Origin: Leucoraja ocellata
Taxonomy: Eukaryota
Assembly (NCBI GenBank): GCA_036785375.1
Contig: JAWMAR010000023.1
Location: 3,410,001-3,474,000, forward strand
DNA: 64,000 nt
Direction of reading: 5' to 3'
In this document: piece by piece, positions 12,946 through 25,863 of the stretch
How positions within the stretch are numbered: the stretch's first letter is position 1
Layout of the letters: the number at the start of each line of letters is the position of its first letter
The notes under the pieces: generated by a model
The model's input: only the letters and a program-made list of their open reading frames with translations
Told to the model about the DNA's origin: nothing
Database searches by the model: none
Program-made: the position numbers and the translations under genes

Positions 12946-14769
12946 GACTGAGAGTCCAGAACCTTGCGAATGGTGTCAGGACTGATTTCACAAGAAATTT
13001 CCTAAAGGGTTGTCAATTTATTAAGTTATATACCGCGGAGATCTGTGAATGCTCAGTTATCGACAATGTTGAAGGGAAACCTGATAGATTTTTGGGCACC
13101 AATAGAGTCGGGTATGAGGGCCTGTGGGAGTGGATTTGAAGTAGTGGATCCACTCTGCTACTGGATGGTATCTTTCAAGATGTCTTTCAAGAGAAAAAAT
13201 AAAATATTGTGACGCTCAAAGAGAATTGGGTGTGTTGAATTAACTTCTAATCAGTGCTACTTCTAGATCACTCTGTGTAACTCTTTTGCATCCAGCTCGC
13301 TAATGACTGGTGTCAGCTAACAGTGACTTTTTAAAATTTTAAATATGTTTCATTATCTCAATAATGAGCTTCATTACTATTGAATCGATACAATACGTGT
13401 CAGTCTGCCAATAGGAGAGAAATCACTTTTTTTTTAAAGCCTCAGGTATCTCCCCTTACTCCTTAGAGAGTGAAAACAGTCAAATTACTGCAACACCCAC
13501 CCTTCATAAGGCGTTGATGCGTCTTCAACAGTGGGTACTGCAGAACATAAACTTCCAAGTGTGCAGGTTAAGATTCCTATTACAATGCGGCACTGACTGA
13601 TGTTTAACTTCGCCAACCGAATATGTCATCAGTCTCCCAAAGTGTTGCACCACACAAAACTGTAATTCACTGAGGGGGGGGGGTTCCTTCCTTCTGTCAT
13701 CACTCCAGTTGTGTGGATGAACAGTTTTATCAAATGATTGAAACTATTTTTAACAAGTTATGAACACAGAAGCAGATTTGCCAAATGAAACACTCTTTTC
13801 TTTTCCCCCAAAAGAAAACAGAATGTTTGTTTTTTTCAATATCTTAATTTCTTTAACATGGGAGCAAATAGGTGCAGACAAAACTAATTTTAAATCCTTA
13901 ATTGGACACTATTAATAGTGGGTCTGTGCAGACATGACATGTGGATGTTCAGTCATCCTGCAGTGCGTTCCATACACCCCAGGCAATGAATCAGTCACTT
14001 CCCATAGAAAAGACAATCTGTCTTCTCATGTCTCCTCCCACCTTTCTCTTTTTTTGCCACTGCTGCTTACAGACAGGGAAATCATTTTTCCTGATGAGAC
14101 GCAGCAATCTGCTTGGATAGTAGGCTAATGCTGTATACAGCTGGTGCTGTCTTGTCAAATAAAATTAACTCCAGTCTGCATCGAGGTCTGTGGAAATTCT
14201 CCCTCTCCCCCCCCCCCCCCCCCCCTTTTTTTAAATCCCTGTTCCCATGATTTTTCCAGGCTCCTTGTAGAATGCAGTTTTATTGGTGTAGATATTCATT
14301 ATTTATGCATAGTCCTGGGCGAAATGGAATCAGGCGATTGATCCTGGGGGCATCACATCTTCTCCCTGCCGTTAACACATGCATGATCCAGTGTACCTAA
14401 CAGTGGATGCTGTTGGAGGGGTTCAGTTGTGTAATATGGCATGGAATGATTTACCATCAGCCTTTATCAAGAATATAACCTAGAAATCAGTACACGGAGT
14501 CTGTGTTTTTCAGAGCGACAATTTTCAGCATCAGTTCAGTTTAGCATCTAACTGGTGTGGGTCATACTGGAGGTGTTTTGGGGGTGAGATCTCTATAGAT
14601 GCAGGATTACAGTGGACCCAAGTCCTTGCGCTACTGGTGTTTTTCTGACATCATTATTGGCCAATACCCATTTCTGCTTAAACTGACACAAGCTGGAGCA
14701 GAAAGCTCCATGTTACATCTGCTGCACAATGGTCTCAGAAGAACAAGGAGCACGCTGTTGCATTTAAAG

Positions 14770-14912
14770 GGGCACAAAATGCTGGAGTAACTCAGCGGGT
14801 CAGGCAGCATCTCTGGAGAAAAGATTCCTTTTTTCCAGAGATGATGCCTGGCTCGCTGAGTTACTCTAGTGTCTATCTTTGGTGTAAACCAACATCTGCA
14901 GTTCCTTCCTAC
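14770..14912. mobile_element. Fold-back copy of the hammerhead-bearing element (ribozyme core deleted)
   Basis: 44-nt inverted arms (14780-14823 and 14828-14871) plus the element's 3' end (aaccaacatctgcagttcctt). Confidence 0.8.
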
Positions 14913-15603
14913 TCTTTCCTGACACTGGGAGACCAGACTGGACTGTGTCAGCTGTGCCTGTACACTGCACAAACTTGGCATATGTGATGCAATTTGCTTT
15001 GTAACATTCAACATCAGTTTTGTCTTCCCTGCAGGGTTGGACTATTGAATGGTGCAAAACTGCCTTCACTTAGTGAGGTGGATTAATCCAATTCATGTTG
15101 TATTAGTAAATGCGATGTTTAGAAAATAAAAGAGTGTATGGTCTCATGCGGCATTCTATGAAATGCAGTGATGCAAGCAAAAAGATAAATAAAAGGCACT
15201 CTGGCAGGAGATACCCCATTTTACGGATTATCGTTTTGGAAAATAAGTTACAATTCATAAAATGCTGCAAATAAAATACAGATTTGTTCTCTCTGATGTA
15301 GTTTATGCTATACCATAAGTGGCACAAGTGAGTGGATTGATTTTGTCAACTGAATATTGGTGTAGTGTCCATAACCTGTTCCTATGTGCCAAACCATTCT
15401 AACATGTCAGAGCCATCACCAAGTTTGCTCGAACAAATTCTATCATACTGTGCTTGAGTAATGAGTCGGTGAGATGTTTTTATTCCCTCTGCACCAACAT
15501 TTGGATGGGCTTGTTCAGTTGATGAAGGGGGTTCCTGTGGAAACTGGGCCTGGCTTACAGCAGCTCCAGTAAACAGTTGGATCACATTGCTTCCTCAACC
15601 AGG

Positions 15604-15755
15604 GGAGACACAGTGGCGCAGCAGTAGAGTTGCTGCCTTACAGCACCAGGGACACGGGTTCGATCCTGACCTTAGGTGCTGTCTGTATGAAGGTTGTACG
15701 GTCTCCCTGTGACCGCATGGGTTTTCCCCGGCTGGCTGAGTCCCCGTGGAACCAT
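15604..15755 (+). mobile_element. V-SINE 5' fragment
   Basis: cagtggcgcagcagtagagttgctgcc..gggttcgatcc A/B-box head. Confidence 0.8.
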
Positions 15756-16699
15756 GTGGCGACTGAAGACTCAGAAAGAAAGGGGGGACGGTGCCGTGGT
15801 GCAGCAGGTTGAGTACCTGTTTCTTCGGCTTTGATCTGGGGACTTTATTTGCATTTACTAATTTCCCAGCCATTCAACTTGAGGAATCAAATTGATTTTG
15901 ATTGTATTGGAGGATAATGATCAACCTTGTTTTTATTCTGCAAAACCAGCCAAGACATTATAATTCATTTCAAGAGGCCATGAAAGACACAGGTTTGGCT
16001 GTGTGTTCTGATGAGAAATAAACAGAGAATTAAACCACATGTGCCACATTTCCTGGATGTGCTCAAAGCATTAATAAACTTCAATGGACCAATTTTTGAA
16101 CCTATAAAAGTGCAGCCATCCTTTACTTTTGTTGATCTGTACGTTGTAGCCAAATTGAAGCAATTCGATGGGGATTATTCTGTATTTGCTGATCACGTTA
16201 TGTTCCGTACAATGGTCACCAGGTTACATGTTCATGGATCTCGACAAGATCCCCTTCAATGTCACTCAAGTTCCAACAGATTTGTTTTTAAATTTTCTTT
16301 CAACCTTTTCCCCTTCCTGTTGGCTGAGTCCACAGGAGAGTGGGAGGTGAAATTGATTTCCTGGTTGGTGTTTAGCTTTCTCCACAAGCATTTGAATTCT
16401 TTGATGTGAGTTGCAGTAAGTTTGGTTAACCCTTCTATGAGTGTAATGACCGTGTTTCTCTAAAAAGAAAGCACGGGATATTTATGTAGAGCTTTTTAAC
16501 TTGTAATTCATTAATAGGTTGAGGTAATGGTGGCAAGAGATGGTGGGTGGGGTGTTTAGGATGTTGAAATGGTGCTGATAAGGCAGGCTGATTTATCCTA
16601 TCACTCACAGGATCTGTCTGGGTAATCTTGTACATGGTATGCCAACAAAATCTCTTGTGTCACGCTTCTTTGGTGTCTGTGAAGTTGCGCTTATCTACG

Positions 16700-17225
16700 C
16701 AAGTAGACAGTATTTCTTCATACTTCTCACTGCCGTGCAGATGGTGGAAAGGTTCTGAGGAGTCGGGAGGTAAGTCATGCAAATAAATGGAAGGTTATTG
16801 ATGAAACAGTTAAAAATGGTCAGGCCAAGAATCATGAGCTGTGTGGCATTCCTACAGGAATGCCCTTTCACTGAAATAATTGACTTCCAGCAACAGTAAT
16901 CACAACCATCTTGCTTTGCGGAAGGTTTGGCTCAAAACAGTAGAGGCTTTTTCTCCTTTATTCCCATTGAATTCGGTTTTATCAAAGCTCCTTGATGCTG
17001 GACCAGTTTCAATTTTGGCATGATGTCATGAACAGTCATTCTCACTTCAAGCCTGGAATTCATCTTCCATGTTGCCAGGTAATTGCCATCAAAACTTCTT
17101 GTGGAGAGGTAAGCCCAATTATGGAACATATATATCTTCATCATCACAGCAAGGTTATGCGTGTCCCAATGAATGTGGCATTCATTGACCTGGGCCCTCT
17201 TGTTTTGATAGCCCATAACAAAATT
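16700..17225 (-). mobile_element. Ancient CR1/L2-like LINE RT remnant
   Basis: - strand EVRMTVHDIMPKLKLVQHQGALIKPNSMGIKEK resembles the RT motif A region (V..LDI.KAFD.VWH.GL..KL..MGI.G). Confidence 0.55.
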
Positions 17226-17957
17226 TAAATAATACAAAATCTATAGGTTTAATGTAGGAAAGAAGGAGATTTGAGGGAATTTTTTTTTTTGTGCACAAAA
17301 AGTCGTTGATATCTGGACCTCGTTGCCAGAGGTGGTGGTGTCAGATACAATCAGCATGTATAAGAGTCAGTGTTCGGGCATTTGAAAGATGTTTTTGAAG
17401 GCTGGCTGTCGTGGGTCAGAGAACCAACAACCTATAAGCCTGATCAGAGCCTGCGCTGTGGTTGAGGGTTGGAGATGTCTGGGTGGGGAGAAGAATTGAA
17501 TTTGAGAGTTGGTCGAGACCAGGGAGGATTTTCAGGCTTGGAGCCAATGATCCCAGCTGAGCATGGGCCTGTGATGAGGCTAGTGAAAATTTGAGGGCAG
17601 GTTGTTAATCGTGGTCTTTAGTGAGGGTTGAACCTTGGGCCTGATGGTGAAGATTTAAAGGATTTGATAATTGGGATTGGAGTGGTTGAAAGTCAGAGCT
17701 GGGGCCTTGGAGGAATTAAGGTGGAGTTTGGTGGAAGAGTGGGAGATAGTGCATTACGGAGATTCCAAAATGATCAGGAAGTTCCCAGAGTTATGTTGGG
17801 AATCCTGTTGCATTGGGAGCTTAGCTCAAGCTCTTCTGTGGTGCCACATTGACAACTGTCATCCTCTGAAACCCTATCAGATGTGCAAGGGTGGAGAATA
17901 TCAGGAGTGCCCAGAGGAAAATCCAGGTGAGCCCCAGACACAAGTCCTGCTGTGTTC

Positions 17958-18092
17958 AAGAAGGAACTGCAGATGCTGGAAGATCGAAGGGACACAAAAA
18001 TGCTGGAGAAACTCAGCGGGCGCAGCAGCATCTATGGAGCGAAGGAAATAGGTGACGTTTCGGGCCGAAACCCTTCTTCAGACTGATCAAAG
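17958..18092 (-). mobile_element. Hammerhead-bearing element, well preserved, with 12-bp TSD
   Basis: Flanked by the direct repeat cctgctgtgttc (17946-17957 and 18093-18104). Confidence 0.85.
18051..18084 (-). ncRNA. Minimal type-I hammerhead ribozyme motif
   Basis: - strand: agu CUGAAGA A GGGU-UUCG-GCCC GAAAC GUC acc. Intact CUGANGA, stem II, GAAA and GUC. Confidence 0.7.
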
Positions 18093-19199
18093 CCTGCTGT
18101 GTTCTCTCCAGGGGAAAACAGCTTTCAACTGCAGAGCACTGACAAACATAGTAATGGAAACCTAATGCCCAGAGTTGAAGCTCAATTAGTTGAAAATTTT
18201 AAATCCGACTGATGGTTTCTTGTTAGCATGGGTAAGGATGATTTACGGATGTTGGCGGGTGCAGCAAGTCGAGTAATCCAGTATTTTTTGAGGAACCAAA
18301 TGGTTGGCGAGAGATCTCTTGTTTCTCAGCACAAGGAACATTTTGGGTGGGGGTGGGGGGGAATCATATGCACTATAGTTCGGAAGAGAATAAATATTTT
18401 AATAAAACTTGATCTCAAATTAAGTCAAAATTAGGAAGCTGAGACAGAATTGCATTGGATTGCTTACATTAACCTGGCTGTGATGGCTTCAAGATCAAGT
18501 GCAGCCAAAACTACAACATTACAGCGCCAGGCAAATTATTTTTAGGAGTCTATCTCATTATGTTTTGAATTCTTTCGCTGAGTGGAATCGGATCTGCCAG
18601 CAAGATAATCAGTATGATGCTGAGATCGATTGAATAGAAGACTTTCCAACCAGACAGCTCTATTGTAGTTGTTCTAAGGTGAGGACCTGGAATTGCAACT
18701 TTTTCCACGAGAAAATCTATTTAAGTTTTTTTTTTAACTAGGAGTACGTCTGCTTTGCTGATACGTACATTTCCTTATCCAGCCTGGGTCACTGCATTCT
18801 CGACCTGGAAAGCCACTAACTGCATTCTCAGACATGTTGCAAGTGCTCCTAACATTCCTGTAGTTCATGTTCTCAGAGCAGAGTGTGCATGGGCAAAGCT
18901 GTGATGACTACAAGCCATCCCAGACACCACAAAGCTCCCAGACAGGCTAAATTTGGTGATGATTTCAGGAATTCTGAGAAGCTTGCTTTTGATGTGGTGC
19001 AGAAACATAAGTGGCTTTGCGACTAAGTGAGACCACGAGCATAACCGGGAGTTCAAGCACAGCAGTAGTAAAGAGGAAACATTCACTGTGCGCTGTTTCA
19101 TATATAAATAACTCCATAAATTCTTCAATGAAGATATGCACCCAGACGTTGCAGTGCATCACACTGGTGTTTAGTGGCATTCCTTTGCAGGTACTATCG

Positions 19200-19358
19200 C
19201 ATCGTTTAAAAAAGATTTAGACCGGTACATGGGTAGGACAGTTTAAGAGGGATATGGGCCCAATGCAGGCAGATAGGACTAGAATAGATGGGACATGTTG
19301 GTCGGTGTGGGCAAGTAAGGCTGAAGGGCCTGTTTCCATGCTGCATGACTATGACTCC
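19200..19358 (+). mobile_element. CR1 LINE 3' end
   Basis: tttagaccggtacatgggtagg..ggctgaagggcctgtttccatgctg..gactatgact tail. Confidence 0.75.
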
Positions 19359-19914
19359 AAAATGTTGGAAGTTACAGAACAGCCATTACCTTTATTAAAA
19401 AAAAAGACAAAGTGCTGGAATAGCTTAGCGGGTCTGACTTAGCAGTTCCTTGTTCTTTGCTCCTAGCCCCTGCCTTTACCACAGTGAGTCCAAGCTCGGC
19501 ACAATAAACAATTGCACTTGTTCCTCGGCACAATGTGGGTAATTTTCCCACTGTATTGAAAGCTGTGTTGCAGTGGGAGTGTCAGCATTTGGCTTTATCC
19601 AGTGGGGAAGTGGTATCGGGTGAGCAAGCATGTCTTGCCGTTGGAGGCTGCGCTGTGGAATTTCCAGTGGGAGGGGTGGTGCGTGCGCGGGGATTCACAC
19701 ACATCAGGGTACACACAGAATAGTTTCAGATGACCTTGTGTTAACACCTGGATTTGAGGTGGGAGACCTGCCCCAAGTGCTTTTGTGTGAGGAAGAACAT
19801 AATGCAAGGTTCAACTGAAACGGGACACTAGGGTGGAAAACGTATCTGTGCTGAACAGCCACTTTAACCTGCAGACACAAGAAACTGCAGCTGCGTGAAC
19901 CTTGAGGGGGGGGA

Positions 19915-20055
19915 AATGTACTGGAGGAACACAGCAGGTCAGGCTGCATCTGTAGAGGAAATGGACAGACGATTTTCCAGATTGAAAAAAAGGATCCCGA
20001 CCCGAATCATCGTCCATCCATTCCCTCCACAGTTACTACCTGACCCATTGAGTTT
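19915..20055. mobile_element. Degenerate fold-back hammerhead-type element
   Basis: ctggaggaacacagcaggtcagg ... cctgacccattgagtt arms around aggatcccgacccgaa. Confidence 0.6.
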
Positions 20056-21439
20056 AATGGCCCTTCAGCACATTGTTTTGGCCACTTAACCTGATGAACT
20101 AAATACCCTTTGCTACCAGAAATTCTAAGTAATTTTAAGCCTACCATGCAGTGCCTTTCATGCTCCAAAGTGCAGATGTATTTTTAAATATGGCTTTGCT
20201 ATGAGCTTGTTATATTTCATTTGATACCAACTCAATCTGGATTCTTTCTTGAAGACGGTTGTGGATTTGAAACGAATGAAGCCAAGGCTAAGAAAAAAAA
20301 AATACGATTTGACACCTGCCTGTTCAGACATCCTGACACTTTTACATGAGAACCACTTCATATTGACATGAAAGTGGCAGCAGCATCTCAGCAGGCTTAC
20401 AGCTCCAGAGTCTCTGTTTGCAAAGCAGTTAAGTTAACAATCATGGGATGGGGCTGATGCATGATAGAGGGTGGATTTGGGGTGCATTATTTTCTAATTA
20501 AATATCCCAGAAACTAATTATCAGATTACTGAACCATGCTGTTGACAGTTGCACGCATTTGATGTAATTATTTTCCTGTTGACTGAAGCAGCCAAGCATC
20601 ACTTAGCCGTTAAGTACGCTTCAACCTTTGTGAACATTTGCAGTGTAATCATTTCAGAAGATGTAATTTTATTAAAGTTCTCATCAGAAGCTTTTGGGAT
20701 ATAGTCTCGCCATCTCCTTTTCATCTCAGCATCAAGTTCTCCCTGTCCTTGCATTCCATTGTTTGGTGCTTCTGGATTTTCTTTTTACTCACAACTCACG
20801 GCAATCATTTTTGCATGCTTACGTTATTTTATTTTCATAAGCCGTTCTAGCAAGAGATCAGTGGCTTCTGCATCATTGCAGTAGTATTACGGCCAGTAAT
20901 GCTATGGGGTAAATGAGCAGATGGTCGGTATGGACAAGTTGGGCAGAATGGTCTGTTTTCATGCTGTATAGCTCTGTGACTCTATGTCAGGCTGAGGGAT
21001 AAATGTACACCAGGACACTGAGAGAATGTCATTGCGAAGGTTGTGCATTTTACCGAAAGATGAACTGCCTGAAGTAAGTGTCCAGGGCTTCTCATGCCTT
21101 TGTCTCTAAAAGAAGCTTCCATGTGTTGAGGTTTACTCTGCCCGAGTGGCATGTATTCCTGGATGGAAAGCAAAGAAGTGGAGCAGAGAAAAATTCTATT
21201 TTATCATAGCGTGGTGAGCATGGCGAGTGCCTGCATTGGGAGCCAGCGTGGATTTGGACACACTGACAACCGGAAGGGGAACAGTAGTCTCCTCGCTGAA
21301 GACAGGAAGTCCCTGATTTTTCTTCTCCAAACATTTGTCGTGCAGTTTATTTGGTGAATCATTCCAAAAAGGTGCAATTGAATTTCTACGCTATTGCTTT
21401 CAAATTCATCTTTCATTAAGAGAGAAAAAATGCTACTTT

Positions 21440-21660
21440 ATAGTCATGCAGCACAGAAACATGCCCTTTGGCCCAACTGATCCATGCCAACCAAGGTGCC
21501 TCATCCAAGCTAATCCCATTTATCTACATTTGACCCAATATCCCTCCCAACTTTTCTGATCCATGCAACAATCTTTTACATGTGGTCATTATACCTACCT
21601 CAACAGTTCCATGTACTCACCACCCTCTGTGTGAAAATGTTGCCCCTCAAGTCATATTTA
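21440..21660 (-). mobile_element. CR1 LINE 3' end
   Basis: cagcacagaaacatgccctttggccca..caccaccctctgtgtgaaaa. Confidence 0.7.
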
Positions 21661-22864
21661 TTCTTATCTGCAATGACTTTTTCAAAGTGGAAGGAGCACC
21701 TTGCCTTGGACAGTTAGCCGTCTTGCAGTCAACTGGTTAGCCATGGAGTGGACATGGAGAATGACTTCTGGGCCTAAGCTACCAGAAACCCACTGATATC
21801 TGAGAGAATGTTTCAGCTCCTCCAGAAAGGATAGAAACAGCAAAGGCAGTCCATTAGATAAGATTGCTGTACATGGTTGAAATGCAGGCACATGGTAGCA
21901 TTGTTTAAACTTTCCAGGGAAAAGGCTGCAATCACAGAGTAAATGGCACAGTCTTTGCAAAGGTTTATTTTACCTATGTTTCAGTTTCATACTGAATTTT
22001 ACAAAGCCTACTTGAGTTGTACATGACAAATCCCAGTTCCTTGGCCCATTTGGGTCTGAATACATGAAGCTTATTCTCTTGTGTATGGTGCTCGTTCCAA
22101 TTTAGGGAAGGCAATTGTGTTATAATATAACAAAGTTGACCCAGAGGAACAGTGGGTGACAGACAATGCTCCCAGAGGTTTTAAGGTGGAAACAGCAGCC
22201 TCAGTAACATGAGATTGGTCTTGTGCCAGCCCTGTCATCTTGGTGCAGGAAGGAAGAGCCAAGCAGTGCTATCAGCACTTTAATGCTGTAATCCTTGCCG
22301 TGTTGGCAAACAGCCAGGGGTTGAGACTAGGCGAAACCAGGCCTGCGAATTCTATAGAGAAAGCTCTTTTTCCCCTCTGCAGTTTTACTTGGCAGCCCTT
22401 GTGTGGGAACACTACAAAGCGGAGGCTGATAAAGAGGTGGGACCTGGCACAGCTCTCCGAATCTGAACTGTCTCAAAGCTGCAGCTGCAAAGACTGTGCC
22501 ATTTACTCTGCGATTAAAGTACACAGCTCACAAAGCCAATGTTTCAGCGGGGCCTGGAACAAGCACAAAACGTTGATATGTACTTTCAGAGGTTAAAATG
22601 CTTGGAAATCACAGGTTTGGCAAAGTAAGGACTGACAACTGTTTACTTATTTGAAAAATAATAGCACTTTGCCAAAATGCATGGAGATATAGCAACCTTG
22701 GATGTAGCACTTCCACTAATATCTTCCCAGTAACATATTGGAAGTATTTTAACCTAATCTGATCAGTGGACAGATTGGGTTGAAAGCTGATTATATGCAT
22801 GCATAGATGGGTGGGGCGGGGTGGGATCACGTTGAAGGTGCTGGAAATGGCTATTTCACCCCTC

Positions 22865-23162
22865 TCCCCTTCTGTGCCCATGCTCCTATATTCCTTCCAA
22901 TGGCTTCATTTTGTGCCTCCTCGATCTTTATCTCACATCATTTGTCTTTTCATCTCTGGCCTTTGTCGAACCATCTGCCAGTCAAAAAAGAAACCCTCAT
23001 CTGGATCCACCAATCACTGGCTAGACGTCCCTCCCTCGTCTCTTGTCCAGGTTTCTCACCCTTACTACAATCAATTTGAAGAAGGGTCCCAACCCGAAAC
23101 ATCGCCTGTCCATGTGCTCGAGATGCTTCGGAACCCACCGAGTTACTCCAGCACTTTGTCCT
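22865..23162 (+). mobile_element. Longer hammerhead-bearing element (pyrimidine-rich leader plus degenerate motif)
   Basis: ttgaagaagggtcccaacccgaaacatc at ~23076-23103, followed by the family 3' part. The 5' boundary is uncertain. Confidence 0.65.
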
Positions 23163-23894
23163 TGTTCCTCAGGAGCGTCATGGTTGAAATCACCTCATTC
23201 ATTCACTGCTCCGCCCATTGTCCTGTGTGTCCAAGATGGCTGCAACCATACACCATCAAAGACCCACTGATAATGTTGGAAATATCAACAACAATGATTC
23301 GCAGCTCTCGTATTCAGTTCATTTTGAGTCAAGACTGTAACAAAGTCTGGCACTAAGCTGCACTGTTCAAATCTGTCTTGAGCACTGGTGGGCTTGCCAT
23401 TGTTGAGGGGATGTCTGTACAATTGATGAATTGCCACCACTGATAACTCTTCTGGTGCCGTTGCTGAGGATCGGGAAAGAAAAAATGGAAAGCAATCATT
23501 TGAGATTTGCTAATTCTTTACCAGTGGAATGCGAATGAAGCATGCAGTGTTTCGTCTCCTGAGGAATTTGCTTAGTTAGAGACTTGGCTTATTTTAAAAG
23601 AAATAAAGAAACCATTAGTTAACTCTCTAATCAGCAAGTTTAAAAAAATGAGATTTTCATACTGTTTTAGTTTAATTGTGTTGTGCAGTCCAGATGTGTG
23701 GTAAGTGCAGTGAGAACAGGTATGAATGTATAATATTTCTTTTGCTCTTGTACATTGTTAAACGTTTGAAATATGAGCTGGAGTGGAGCGCAGCCATGTC
23801 CAGACTTGCCTCCATCTTCATCTACTGAGATGCAGACAATCTGTGGGCTGAGTTTCCTATCTACCAGATGCAGTGTACTTCTGCAGACAACATT

Positions 23895-24238
23895 TACAAA
23901 ATTATGAAGGGCGTAGAAGATAAATAGTCAAGGTCTTTTTCCTAGGGTAGGTGAGTCTAAACCTAGAGAGCAAAAAATTAAGACGAGAAGGAACAAATGT
24001 AAAGGAGATATGAGGTGCAAGTTTTTGCACACATGGCTATATGAAACAAGCTACCAGAGGTGGGTAGAATTACAGCATTTGAAGGACATTTGGATAAATG
24101 CCTGGATAGGAGAAGAATAGAGAGGTATAGCCCTAATAAAGACAAATGAGATTTGTGAAGAAAGGCATCATGTATGTCATGGATGAGTTGGGCTGAATGG
24201 TATTTGTGTATGCTGTATATCTCTATGACAGTGACTAT
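23895..24238 (+). mobile_element. CR1 LINE 3' fragment
   Basis: aaaattatgaagggcgtaga..gttgggctgaatgg..tgctgtatatctctatgac. Confidence 0.7.
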
Positions 24239-25775
24239 AATCGTTCTCAGCAGATCTTCCAATCCTTTATCCTTGGAGCAATGTCCCTGGTTTATCCCCA
24301 CCCCACTGTGCCCCTCCAGTATCCCCTCTGATTTAGTGAGCATCCCTTTCAGATGTTTGCACATTTTATGCAATAAAGGTTTGGCTTCACTTTTTTCCAT
24401 CGTTTTAGATTCCTGATATTATTGAACTTGTGTCTCTCCGATGTAACAAATAGTTTTTTTTTCCATGGTAGCTCCAGGTTTGCAATGGGTGAAGAAATAA
24501 TGGGAGAGTAGGCAAAGAAAAGCATTGTGCATCTTTTCCACAAATAACTTCCCAAATCAAATCCAATTCCGACAGTGCCACTTCCTCCTCTGGGGACAGT
24601 AAATGGTTGGCTCTGTTCCATCTGCACAGACATGCTTGCACGAAACCCCCTTTGCATGCTCAATCAAATGAAGTATCAATGCCTTAGACAAATCACACAA
24701 AATAGCACAGGTCGGGCCACTTATTACAGATTCAGTATTTTTTTTAAACAACGTAATGTTTTACCGGGTGTGAGAATTACTGTGCATTTTAACAACTATT
24801 TATTGGCCATTTACTTTATCTTTAAGCATTCCACATTTTGTAACAAAATAAATTAAACGCAGATTGATATGCAGATCTACATGCTTTTAATACTGTTTTC
24901 TCTGAATATAAACAATAATGTTTCCGGGTCAAAAAGGCCCCCACGATACATTTTCTTTCTTTGCTGCCAAAAGATTAGCTGTAATAAATACTTTGACTTG
25001 GCATGATAGAGGAAGTAGGGTCTCATTTTTCCTGTTTGTAGATTTTATAACACTAACCAGGTGCCTGCAGTCTGGGTTCAGAAACAGAACGGTATTGATT
25101 ATGTCTGGCTGGATTATTGTGGAGCCCTTCTGTCTTGCTGAACATGAGCAAAGTGGTCTCATGCACAGCAATCTGGACAGTTGTTCCAGTTTGAAGGCAG
25201 GCTCTATAGGGAGACAGAGCAAGCATGGAGCTGACAGCCCTTGCATGTTTCCTTGTGTTCTGAAGTATTTCCCAGTTTTATAAATTCAAATTAAAAAAAA
25301 AAGAAGCAAATACTAGGATTCTAAAAATGAGGAAGTATGAAAAAACAGCCAAACATTTGCCTTTGTTTCTGCTTAAAATTATGACGTGTCTGAGTCACAG
25401 GCTGACAACTGTCCCCCACATGGTCTCTCTCTTCATATAGTGTTCCGCAGTGGGTTCTGTCGCTATCTATATCAGTTTTTGAACAACGTCCACAAGATCA
25501 CATTTTGCCCCAGCAGGAAGTCCTGGCCTGGCCTCCAGACCCTGCATGCTTCACATGATCAGCTCCAGCTCTAGGTTTGGAGCCTGCTGGCAATTCCCAT
25601 GTGTTCCTAGAGGCCTTGGGGGTAGTAGTGGTGGGGGGGGGGGGGGGGGGGGGCAGGAATGCTGCTGCAGATTCCTTAAAGTCAGCCTGGCTCAGCGTCT
25701 CTGTGATTTCTACAGCAGTTGCTTGCTAAACGCCTGGTCTCAAAGGGGAATGAACTGCACTATTATTGTTGGAGA

Positions 25776-25863
25776 TGGACACAAATTGCTGGAGTAATTC
25801 AGCGGGTCAGGCAGCATCTCTGGAGAACATGGATAGGTGACGTTTCGGGTTGGAGCCCTTCAT
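25776..25863 (-). mobile_element. Hammerhead-bearing element, truncated inside the motif
   Basis: - strand gaagggctccaacccgaaacgtcacc; CTGA is missing. Confidence 0.75.

Noticed and set aside
15604-15680. tRNA-like A/B box sequences
   Set aside because: Each is followed by the V-SINE core, so these are SINE heads and not tRNA genes.
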